A DNA stretch of 45,564 bases from Callorhinchus milii. Taxonomy: Eukaryota. Below are positions 12,494-24,500 of the stretch, piece after piece. The position numbers and the translations under genes are program-made. Each line of letters begins with the position of its first letter. Position 1 is the stretch's first letter. The notes under the pieces are model-generated. The model did no database searches and was not told the DNA's origin. It was given only the letters and a program-made list of their open reading frames with translations. The DNA lies in assembly GCF_018977255.1 (NCBI RefSeq), contig NW_024705426.1, forward strand, positions 1-45,564, in the 5' to 3' direction.

Positions 12494-12747
12494 GTGCCTG
12501 CGTGACTTCCACCACCACAACCACCACCATAACAACCACTACACCACAACACCACCACCACAACCACTACCACCACTACCACCACTACCACCACAACCAC
12601 CATAACCACCACTAACACCACTACCACCACAACCACAACCACCACAACCACAACCATAACCACCACACTCACCACAACCACAAAAACAACCACCACCGGT
12701 TGGGATACTCCACACGGCCAGAGAAGATCCTCTCAATCGCATGGAGG
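12494..12747 (+). pseudogene. Exon B copy 2 (CLRDFHH...HHRLGYSTRPEKILSIAWR), split by a ~190 bp repeat
   Basis: Near-identical unique halves and flanking intron sequence to copy 1; two synonymous changes (CTG/TTG, GGT/GGA) and one F-to-C change. Confidence 0.6.
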
Positions 12748-12879
12748 GTGGGGTGGTGGTTGTCGGTGGTGATGATTGTGGTGGTGGTGGTTGATTTGGT
12801 TATGGTGGTGGTTGTGGTTGTGATGATGGTGGTTGGGGGTGGCAGTTGTGGTCTTAGTGTTGGTGGTTGTGGTGAGGGA

Positions 12880-13395
12880 GTGGGCGAGTGGCTGGGTGAG
12901 TGGGCGGGTGAGTGGGTGAGTTGGTGGTTGAGTGGGTGAGTTTGTGGGTGGGTGAGTGGGTGAGTGAGTGGGTGGATGAGTGAGTGGGTGGATGGGTGAG
13001 TGGGTGAGTGAGTGGCTAGATGAGTGAGTGGGTGAGTGGGTGAGTAAGTGAGCGGGCGAGTGAGCGAGCGGGTGAGCGAGCGGTGTGGGTGAGTGAGTGG
13101 ATGAGTGAGAGAGCGGGTGGGTGAGTGGGTGAGTGAGCGAGCGGGTGAGTGAGTGGGTGAGTGGGTGAGTGAGTGGTGAGTGGGTGAGTGGGTCAGCGAG
13201 TGTGTGAGTGAGTGTGTGAGTGAGTGAGTGAGTGAGTGAGTGGGTGAGTGAGCGAGGGAGTGAGTGAGTGAGTGAGTGTCTGAGTGAGTGAGTGAGTGTG
13301 TGAGTGTGTGAGTGAGTGTGTGAGTGAGTGTGTGAGTGAGTGGGTGAGTGAGTGAGTGGGTGAGTGAGTGAGTTTGTGAGTGAGTGAGTGAGCGA
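12880..13395. repeat. (GAGT/GGGT)n microsatellite
   Basis: Direct reading. Confidence 0.95.
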
Positions 13396-13407
13396 GTTGT
13401 GCAAGTG

Positions 13408-14280
13408 ATCACCATCACCACCCACTCATCACCATCACCCGGCTTTGTGCAGTTGATCACCATCACCACCATCACCATCATCACCATCATCACCATCGTC
13501 ACCATCACCATCATCACCATCGCCACCAGGGTACATCGCCATCGTCACCACCATCATCACCATCATCACCATCACCACCAGGGTACAATCACCACCATCA
13601 CCACCATCATCACCATCACCATCGCCACCAGGGTACATCGCCATCGTCACCGTCATCACCATCATCACCACCATCATCACCATCGTCACCACCAGGGTAC
13701 CATCTCCACCACCAGGGTACAATCACCATCACCACCATCACCACCATCATCACCATCATCACCATCATCATCACCACCAGGGTACAATCACCATCATCAC
13801 CATCATCACCATCGCCACCATCACCACCATCACCACCAGGGTACAATCACCATCGCCACCATCATCACCATCATCATCATCACCATCGCCACCAGGGTAC
13901 AATAACCATCATCACCATCATTGTCACCATCATTGTCACCATCGTCACCATCATCGTCACTATCATCGTCACCATCATCGTCACCATCACCACCATCACC
14001 ATCATCACCACCATCACCACCATCATCACCATCACCACCATCATCACCATCATCACCACCATCGCCACCAGGGTACAATCACCATCGTCACCATCATCAC
14101 CATCATCACCACCATCGCCACCAGGATACATCGCCATCGTCACCATCACCACCATCGCCACCATCATCACCATAGTCAACATCACCATCATCACCATCAT
14201 CGTCACCAACATCGCCATCATCACCATCGTCATCATCACCATCATCACCATCATCGTCACCATCATCACCATCATCGTCG
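13408..14280. repeat. (CAC/CAT)n repeat with a recurring CACCAGGGTACA motif
   Basis: Direct reading. Confidence 0.95.
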
Positions 14281-14282
14281 AT

Positions 14283-14522
14283 GTGTCTCTGTGTCTCTCC
14301 CCGTGTCTCAGCGTGTCTCTGTGTGTCTCTGTGTCTCTCTGTGTCTCTCTGTGTCTCTCCGTGTCTCTGTGTCTCAGCGTGTCTCCCCGTGTCTCTGTGT
14401 CTCAGCGTGTCTCCTGTGTCTCTCCGTGTCTGCGTGTCTCTGTGTCTCAGCGTGTCTCCACGTGTCTCTGTGTCTCAGCGTGTCTCTGTGTCTCTGTGTC
14501 TCAGCGTGTCTCTGTGTCGCAG
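14283..14522. repeat. (GTGTCTCT / CAGCGTGTCTC)n minisatellite made of splice-acceptor-like units
   Basis: The units copy the acceptor and first bases of exon C. Confidence 0.85.
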
Positions 14523-14607
14523 CGTGTCTCCGAGGTGCAGCTGATGCACGTCTTCCATGAGGACTTCATCCTGGGCCATCGACACCACGAACTCTCCATC
14601 TCACACG
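14523..14607 (+). CDS. Exon C of the unidentified host gene (RVSEVQLMHVFHEDFILGHRHHELSISH)
   Basis: Acceptor tgtcgcag; GC3-rich codons; phase 0 matches the end of exon B; candidate donor G|gtgatg. Confidence 0.7.
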
Positions 14608-15295
14608 GTGATGGGGCTGGTAGTGATGGTGGTGGTGATGGTGGTGGTGATGGGGGTGGTGGTGATGGTGGTGGTGGTGATAGGGGTGGTCGTGATGGGG
14701 GTGGTGGTGGTGATGGTGATGGTGGTGATAGGGGTGGTCGTGATGGGGGTGGTGGTGATGGTGATGGTGGTGATAGGGGTGGTCGTGATGGGGTGGGTGA
14801 TGGTGATGGTGGTGATAGGGGTGGTCGTGATGGGGGTGGCGATGGTGATGATGGTGGTGGTGATAGGGGTGGTCGTGATGAGGGTGGTGGTGGTGATGGT
14901 TGTGGTGGTGATGGGGGTGGTGGTGGTGGTGATGATGGTGATGATGATGGTGGTGATGAAGGTGGTGGGTGGTGGGGGTGGTGATGGGGGTGGTGATGAT
15001 GGTGGTGGTGATGATGGTGGTGGGTGATGGGTGTGGTGATGGGGTGGTGGGGCTGGTAGTGATGGTGGTGATGATGATGGTGGTGATGATGGTGGTTGAT
15101 GGGGGTAGTGATGGGGATGTTGGGGCTGGTGGTAATGGGGCTGGTAGTGATGGTGGTACTGATTGTCGTGATGGGGGTAGTGATGGGCGTGGTGGTGGTG
15201 GTGATGGTGGTGATGGTGGTGATGATGGTGGTGATGGTGGTGATGATGATGGTGGTGATGATGATGGTGGTGTCGGTGATGATGGTGGTGATGAT
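14608..15295. repeat. (GGT/GAT)n repeat
   Basis: Direct reading. Confidence 0.95.
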
Positions 15296-15539
15296 CATAA
15301 TCAACGTTTTTGGGTTTAGATCGCGTTATTTATAAATGTGTCGTAACCCTCCACCACCCGACACGGCCAATCAGTAAAAAAGTGTCACGTTGACAAAAGA
15401 CAAATAGTTCACTGCTTTAGCCCACTGGTGTGTTGAAGCCACAACATTTACAATTTGAGTACGACGTTTCGCTGGTAATTGCATCCAGCATCATCGGGCG
15501 AATTGCCCGATGTGGCGATGGTGGTGGTGATGCTGGTGG

Positions 15540-15569
15540 NNNNNNNNNNNNNNNNNNNNNNNNNNNNNN
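15540..15569. other. Assembly gap (30 N)
   Basis: Run of N. Confidence 1.
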
Positions 15570-18500
15570 TAAAGTACATGCGGTTGGGAAGCCAAGCGTT
15601 GCGAGAACCTTCTGATCAACCAGCATTACATATAACCTCGGGTCTGCATAAGCTTTCTCGAGAGGGAAAATCTGAAACATGCTCCCTGACCCGAGCCCAG
15701 TCTCCCCGGGGGGTCATGCGCAATTCGTTATCTGGGCCTCATGGTAGTAGAACTAACGGCTACTAAAGAGCGGGCTGGGTCACCTTGCCAGTCCTCCGTG
15801 CCATATATTAGTCGTTCGGTCACGGCGTTCGAATGTCAATCTAATGGATGCGGTGTTAACCCAACAACCCTTATCGTTAAGTAATGCTTCGTTCCTCAGA
15901 AAGCTCTCACGCAAAGGCGATACGCTACTGGCCTCGTGATGCGCGCCGGAAAATCAGGTCGGTATACTCCTAGAATAGGCAATCGTATATGGAGTCTCAA
16001 GTCCAGCACTCGCGCCACCATCCTCTAGTTAGCAGGCGCTTCACCTAAATAGGGGAGCCGGCAGCATATGAAAGTGATGGTCATGTCCATACGACGAAAA
16101 TCGAACGGTAAGCCAGCCTTTATGCTTCTTACCAGGGGAGATCGTTCTAAACAGCTAGCAAGAGACAACTAGACGGCCGTCATTATGCGCCGCCCTACAA
16201 GCGAGCACGGATTCAGGTTGTGCATCCCGCGACTTGCGAACCGAGCACGAGCGCTTGAGAACCCCAACGAAAGGACCCTACTGCCACAGATCATCTCGCA
16301 GTGTACATACAGTTTAACACTTAATGCATATGACTGTTCAGCGTAGACGCGGATAGTCAGGGAACTTACCCTACCGAATTGGTCCTGGGTGGCTAGTTAC
16401 AAGTTATGATGGTGAAGTATGGGTTGCCTTCGTCGGATTCAATATTTATGTGGCCACGGGTAGCGCGCGTTGGTCGCATTGTTTTGTTCTTCGTCACGAA
16501 CCTTTGTGCTAACCCACCATTAGGATACGAAGAGTCCAATGGTTATCTACACGCATGTGCAAGTTGGTTACCATTATTGAACTAGAAATGGGGAGTAATG
16601 CCTCGGGTGATCTCTTGGGCCATTCTTATCCTAACAAACGGACTTCACCATCGGAAAAGTGACTCCCAACTCCTTGAATGAAACCGAGGACGTAGTTGAA
16701 CCTCAATCCAACACCTCCGTTGGCTCGAGTGGAATGATAGAGTCACTGAGCCGTGCTCTATCATTGTACCGCAATCATCCTGGCCTTTTTCCACGAAAGC
16801 ATACCATGGCAGGGATTCACTGCGGTACTTCTAGACATGTTCACTTATAACAAGCAAGTCGGAGATCTCGCAAAATACCGGATAATTTAACATAGTAACA
16901 GTCGCTCTCGGCTTCAGTCAGTCAAACTCTCTTAAGTTACATTGTACCGATTCCAGGTTCAACGGAGCCTGACATACGACTTCACCTGCAAGAATCAACA
17001 CTCGATGAGGTAGCTGAAAAACGATAGTACAGCTAGGTACAGGATACAAGAAACCAATTTTGGTGGGCTCGGCTGATATGCCCCTAACCAGTTACCATGT
17101 GGGTTCATTTACTGGTTTACTCATAATGCTCGGGATGCGGAGCGCCTCCATACTCTCATCTTGTTGCGATGGTACGGGGCCTAAAGTACCAAAGGCACTG
17201 ATGGCCGGTCCACCGCAGTATCCGAATACGATGAATGGTTTCTGATCGCGTGACGCACCCCGCTGGGTAGTTAATAGGCGAGAGAGTATCGCAGACCGAC
17301 CTGTTTCGAGAGGCTGAGAGCTACCTAAGTTCCAGTTAGTATAGTAACTGGTGATTTCCAGTAGAGTAGACTCAGTCTTGATATTGGCCAGTCCCCCCTA
17401 ATGAACGGAAGTTTCGCTCTCGAGCATCGCTCGTGTGGTACCAGACCAAAATATGGGACTTCGATAAGAGATATGAGACGGTAAAGCATACGTGCCACGC
17501 GACCATTTTACCATTCTTTCGAGCAGCCATTTTGTGTTTCACCGGTAAGTCATGGGTTGATGCAACTACAGCAATAAACCTGGAGTTGCATTGCTGCCTA
17601 AACGGCCTCCGCTTCTGAAGCCTATTATGACCTGAGCAGGGCCTTAGAGCTCTTCCCTAGAGCAACTGGACCCATACCTGATCGCTGGCGTCGAAGTGAC
17701 CAGACACAAACTTGAAACCCTTATGCTTCTGCTATCCAGTCCGATTACTACTGCCCTGAAAATGACGGTCGGTGTGGTATGCTAAATCATAAATAAGCAG
17801 CTAGCATAATAGTGGCTTCACAAATACCGCTTACTGTCCCACGTACACGTCGTAACGCCAATACTCGGGAATAGCCAAAACGCCATAGACAACGGCCGAT
17901 GCGTACTGCTTTTGCTATAAGCTCATCGTCAGTCTTACTTACGGTACCTGATGAAGCTGCGCCTAACGAGCCACTGAGTCCTAAGGTTGTAACTAATGAT
18001 TGAGCCGAACAGCGATTCTTGTAGGGTATTATGAAAACGAATAATATTGGAAACGGAGTACTTGAAGACGGTCTCTTATGACCCAAAATTAGGACGGGGT
18101 CACCATTCGCGCCTACAGCACGATATCATAGACAGGAGGAACCAGTATGGACATGAACCAAACGGCTTCGGTGGTTTTCAACCGCCAACTCTTCGACTTA
18201 TTGTGCGAATGATCCACACAGTTAGCCACTTAGCGGGGCGTAAGTCCCGGCTGCTCGGAATTTCGGATCGACAAGCAGCTTAATGCCGACAAAAACTGTC
18301 TTTTTACAGAAGTACGGGCTTTTGCAGAGCGGTTCAGCTCAAGTAGTAGTGCGCGTTCTAAGCAATAGTGCCTTACCCTTGATCTTATATGACGATGGGA
18401 CCGCGATCGATCTTAACTATGAACCAGTTCCTTCTAGCTATAGGTATTTACGGGGCTTTAGCGGTTGTCGGACGCTACCATCCCGCATGCCCGAGAGTGG

Positions 18501-21500
18501 ACAGTCTACGCACGTAGAACGATCTTGATCAGCGGCCTGCAGGCATCGCTGGCCTTCGCTCAATCGGATGTGAGATCAGAACCGTACTGCGTGTAATACA
18601 CTAGGAGGCCGTCCACGGAATCAGCTCGCGCATGGGACAAAGACTCGCTTCGAGTTCCTAGCGCATCATCGCCCAATGCCAGAACATCTGATACACAACA
18701 AGGAGTGGTGTTACCAGGCACGTAGTCGGGCTATGCCCATAAGTAAGGCCTTAGTATGAAACTCGATTAAATACAAGGGCCATCATGGGACAGTCCTCTA
18801 CAGGGTATCGAGGCTAGTTGGCCTACTTAACTTGGAACTTATTACATGGAAACCGAAGCAGGACGTCGGTCCCGCGACACTATTCGCGCAACCAATCAAT
18901 AACGATCCACGCAACTAAAAACCCTTTATCACAATGAGCATGCTGGCGTCAGCGCGTTACGGCAGTCAAAGTCCAAAAAATATGATACGTTAACGATCTC
19001 ACTTTTACAAGAGTTATGCTCGGTAAAGCAGACGGTCTAGGAACCCTACCCTACAAACGGAAATTGTCCCCTACGTTGAGGCCCACACGTAAGCAGCTAA
19101 GCTAATACCTCCCCTTGAGAGTAAGTCTAGTCGCTCACGCCAAGACCAAGTCAACCTGGCAGCACTCGAGGCAGCATTGGATCTAAGCATCGTACGGGGC
19201 GCTCTACCATTCGTTGTCAGGTGGTAGGGACATGACAGTAAATGTGGAGTTTCTTGCTAAAAGGTTACATATCTCGTAGCTGAATCTTCATGCCATGGGC
19301 ATCGTGAAACTGACAATAAGCTCCAGTTAAGTAATCCTCCGTATCTAGTATGAGCAGTCCGGACCAAGGCTGTGCTACAGCCAACGAAGATCTAGCCCGA
19401 GTACATGAAGCTTGTACAGGATCCTGACATTCACACCTTCCCGAGTAATCAGGACGGAACGTACCCGAATTTTATTGTAATTTGATGCCTGGAAAATTTC
19501 GGCCCGGCGCCGGCTGGGCGTTTAGCTTAAGGCCGATGTATGTAGCGACCTCTAGGACCTACCTCATATTCAACTTGGTATTTTTGGTTTTATATTCTCT
19601 CGAGTGTTGCGGCAGAGCCGTACTATCAAGGGCGAGTCGCCAACGTTCAACATTGTTCGTCCGGGTAGTTAACGTGCCTCATCTCAAAGAACTTCTATGG
19701 AGAACCGTCTCAGCCCCAGGCAAGTCTGCAGCAGTCTTCACAATCTCAGGCGCCAAAGTGGAATACCCCTACTTACCACGCGACCAACAAACTAAGCGCG
19801 TAGTCGTAAGAAATCGGGTAGATTACGGTTCTGGTGTTCTGGAATTTCAATTACCCGGTGACTTATAGCTAGAACTTCAGGGCCCGCGTCGAAATTTACA
19901 CTTCGTAGGCCGCTAGACAGTTGGTGTGGACACTGATACCTCCAGACCTGTCACTTGCAGGTCTGTAACTGCGCAAATCTGGTTGTGGGTTGACGCTGTC
20001 GAGAATATGGAGATTCGTGAAGCGGACCAATCATATGGATCGTGGAGCCGCTATTACAGTTTAGGGCGACCCCGAAGGCGTATCATTTTGATACCATTCT
20101 ACAGGCCTTGCATTAGTCTTACTAAGCTGATGCAACCGTACCTGAAGCCTGTTCTTGTGGCTAGCGATTATGTCCTTGTGGGAATCATTCGCATGTCGTA
20201 TGCGCCTGGTTCTGATTAAGTAAGGATGTCGAGGCCTCTCTAGAATTTAAGGATGTAAAGGTTAATGATGTCTTTAGGGCTTACCATCGGGGGTTGCGGA
20301 GTTGCATCCTCTTCGAAAGGTCTTAGATTATGTTTTTGAAGCACACACTAGAAGTGGCGGGAGTGAATTTTGCCAGTGAATGATTCTACCAGTTTACAGA
20401 GGTATATCCTCGCTGATAAGAAAGCGGCAGCAAGAAGGTGTCGACGGATCCGATATAGTGTCCATTGATCTCGGTTCGTCAAAGTCGGCGTACACGGGGC
20501 AGCTACTCCAAATCCGGGTCATGAAGGCGGGACAGTCTACAGCCGTCGCCGTTTATTACCCGCGCAATTAACAAGAGCTGATGATGACTCTAAGGTTATG
20601 TTAGTCGCGTCGAAGATCGGGGAAACCCAGGACATCACAGTTAAAACTCCATGCCTGCAATATATCCTTTCTAACCATTTCCAACCCTTTGGGGTAGAAC
20701 TCATAGTGACGCATACCACTCCGCTCTGTTGACCCTCTACGGCAGTATTGCTAGCGAATCCTGCGTATGCACCCAATCCGCTAGCATATAGGGAAGGCAT
20801 TTTGTACGGTAGGTAAAAACCTGCATGACGCATGGCTTTGGTGCGATTTTCGGAAAGATATGCCCCCAGTACGCTACCGGGTACGTGACGCATAGTGAGC
20901 CGGTACCGTCTAAGGGTTCGGACCAGATAACTCATGGTGGATTAAACGAGCTGATGAACGGTTGGAATAGATGGACAAAGAGCATACCACGGCGATCTTG
21001 GAAATGTGCAAAGTGTGTGCCACAGTCGAAGACAACGCTCACTACGTCGAACGCATTACGGCCTGACAACATCGATGTGGGGAGTGTTCCGCCGGTCTCG
21101 CCATGAAATCCCAACTGCGCTATGGTTGAGGTCAATCGACGGACCCCGCGAGTATTTGTAAAACCTGCAACACGGTGCTAATCCCATGTCAAAGTTTGTC
21201 TGCAGAACCCCGTCTCCTTATCTACTGAGGGTTCAGCAGCTATTCTAGGTCTGTTGCTTCGGCCGGACGAATTCGCAACCTCGAGGGGCAAGGCTAGTCA
21301 CATTGAGGCAGTGGTTCGATCGAACCATCGTATTTGCAAATCGCGGGCTATGCTATCTCTCCCACGAAGGTTTTCCTAGCGAACAATCAGACGATACTGC
21401 ACCTGCAGTACTTTTTTGATTAGCCGTGATAGTTGTGGCCCATCTCGGCAGAAAATTTATGTGGGCGACGCTCGCCTAAACCGAGGGGCCACAGGTTTGC

Positions 21501-24500
21501 TTACACCTAGGAGTCATTATGGCACTCGTTCTCATATCCGGGCGAATGGATCTATTAGCCCTGCATCACAATAAGCGCCAGACGCATGGCACCTGGCCGT
21601 TTGTACTGCGATCTCAAATACATCAGGACACATCTAACTAAAGAGCACACATGTCAGTAAGAGGGGGCTCGACAACGTAGACCATTCACCATAGGTAATA
21701 CACAGCTTCCGATGGACAGGTCCCATCATCGAACGCTAACTGCCTGTTTAGTATACGGTGCCACTGACCTGAGATGGATTTATCTTCCTGTCTGATTAAG
21801 ATACAATGGAGGGTTCATGAATGGACCATCTACGAGAGAAAACTGAAAGCGGTTATAGTGCCTTGTTGGCGAAGATGTGACCAATAAGAGCCTTCTTATC
21901 GCGGATGGCAACTAACAGTGCGGAGCTCCACCAAGATCACGAAGGAAAAAATGGGGAGCCAACACTAATACTAACTCGAGATAGCTTATCGTTGAGCGCG
22001 ACTTCACAGTAGTCTTGAATCTATCTTTCTCAAGGTCTAAAATCAGATTCGGGTCACCCGGGTGTTCCAAGGATAATATAGTGCGTGCTCACCTCGAGAT
22101 CAGCCTAGAGCAGCGTTTCGGTTTAATCAATGAGGTGCATGTATATCATTCCCAGTCCAACACATTATAGTCTTCTATGTCGTACAAAATCAACTTTCGA
22201 CCGTTCGATGGGTTAAGCCGGCGGGCCTGTCACCAACAGTCTAGGACAAAGTACGTATCTATCTCGTGAATTAGAGGCACAAATGGAGATTTATATCCGT
22301 TCAGCGGGTGGGGTACTAGGACAAGGCTCCTTATCTTATGAACCATGGGTAAATTGGGCAAAAGTGAATTCACATAGACACCGTTGTTGTGTGCTGATTC
22401 GCTACATTTGTTTCGAGAACGCTGCAGTTGTGCTGGATGTTTTTTGGCGCTAGCGCAGTAGCTTATGACATTAACTTCGGTCTTCCGCCTCCTGAAGATT
22501 GGATGATTACATTACTCTAGCAAAAGACCTAGTCCTGGTTTCTGGTATCGTCACAAATGGTGTACAACGCGAGGGGGCACGAACAGCAGCTTGCTAGCTT
22601 TTCGGGGCTTGAGTTGAAGCTTTGGTACGTCCTCCGACTCATCTAGCCTACTCGTTGCCCAATGTAGTGACAACACACTTGACTAAGACCAGAAATGGAG
22701 ATACCTTCATCGCGGTCGCCCTAGGTAAGGGTTAAATGGTATGCCGTATGAAATCGCCATCGCGAACGTTGTGAATCTTCCGCCGTTTATGGACTGGTCA
22801 CACTCAAACAGGGAACTCAAAGTGGGACAGCAGTTGCTTCATAAACAGTATGATGGTCATAACTTCATACTAATGAACGGAGCATGCGTGTGGAGGGCTG
22901 CGTGTCCGCAGATGCAGCGGTCCTATCTTCCGCGAGAACAGACATGCAGTAAAGCGCGTTACCTCAGTCGAATACCTTTTAGTTATGTGTAAGGGTTATG
23001 CCTGACGGACCACAAAATTTTATCTGGGGGGATAGGATCAAGTTCCCCTGCCCGATTCTTCGATAGTCGCTAAATTCAACTCCTTTCCGAGCTGATTTAC
23101 TCACAGTACAGAACACGTCGGGCCTTTTCACTACCTCGATTGCTCGGTTCTAGTCACGAAGGAACTTTTGATAGTACTTTACTGGGGAGCCAGCCGTTAA
23201 TTACGGGTGACCACTAAGCACATCCGACTTACTTACGAAAGTCACCCCTCACCCGCTGGATAAGGGTTGATCGTTTAAGGCCGAGGGGAAGTGGGAGTTT
23301 CGTAAGGGCTGTTGAGGCGTCGCGTATAAGGATTTGGGAGTGTAAACTAACGGAAGGGCGTTCAAAGGACTCAAGGAAGTGATATGATAGGGTTTTGCCC
23401 AGCCTTCGATATGCTAGTGGATCGAACGGCTCTCACAAGGGCACAGGGGACCCGGTACGCCAAATATTAACCACAACGGTAGACTACGTCCAATATTACG
23501 CCCCGGGCGCATAATGTTACGTTTTGGCGCGCGGAATTATCCCTGCATCAAACTAAAGTTGTAATCTTAGCTTTGCTGTAGGTCCCAGATTCACGACTGG
23601 AGGTCAAGCGTTGCAGTACCCCGTTAAAGGAATTCGGACTAGTGGCGGTAATGGGAATTGGAGTTCCTCATACCAGTTTTACGCAAAACGGTAAACACGC
23701 CACAAAGCAATGCCCCGCAGTATGTGAACGTATGGAGTCTCTTCAAATATAGTGAGCCGGGGTCACGGCATTCTGCCAACGCTGCGACTTGATACTGCCC
23801 GAGCTTGATCTAAAAAGACATCGCTATCACTGAGTTACATTATCCTATAAATCGAGAGACAGGCGGGACCGTTCATTGTTCCATGTTAGACGTGGGCACG
23901 CTTCATACTTATTGCCAGTTGAAGAAGACATGTCCGTCGCAAATCCCAACCACGGAGTACACTTATATTCGGGATATTAGACCGCGGGGAAGAGTCTGAG
24001 GCTTGCGAGTAATTCGGATGGATCTGTCACTACGTAATACCCTTCACAACTCGTTGCCCATGACCGTTATAATGTGTCACACGTGTCGGTCTGCAAAGAT
24101 AGCCTCCCGCCCCTTTCACGAATTAGAAGAGAGCGAACATCAAAACGCGGTACAACCTCGCTAATCAACGGAACGCGGGGGTAGCGGTTGGAAGACGTGT
24201 GTGTGCATTATGACTTTGCCCACCTGTTTGACGATGCAAAGCTAGCTGATACATGGGGTAGATGAGAGAAGAGTTGATATCCTCGGTATATCAAATGCCT
24301 GCATTTGTAAATCGCCGGCGTACCGCCTTGCAGAACCGTTCACAGGCATCATGGCAACGAGCCGAAACCCCTTAGAGTCAGCTCCGCAAGAGATTGATCC
24401 GATCTCGCACATCCCAGGCATGGCACACGGACGATCTACGAGGTCCCGGGAAAAGAGAAAGGAACTGACTGACGTAGAAAGCAAATTCGTCGGAAACAAA

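Noticed and set aside
9428..15335. Long poly-V/T/H/G and SLTH-type ORFs
   Set aside because: These are stop-free translations of microsatellites in several frames on both strands.
21312..21327. Perfect 16-bp palindrome TGGTTCGATCGAACCA
   Set aside because: About 0.17 such palindromes are expected by chance in 11 kb (11000 x 4^-8), and it is isolated.
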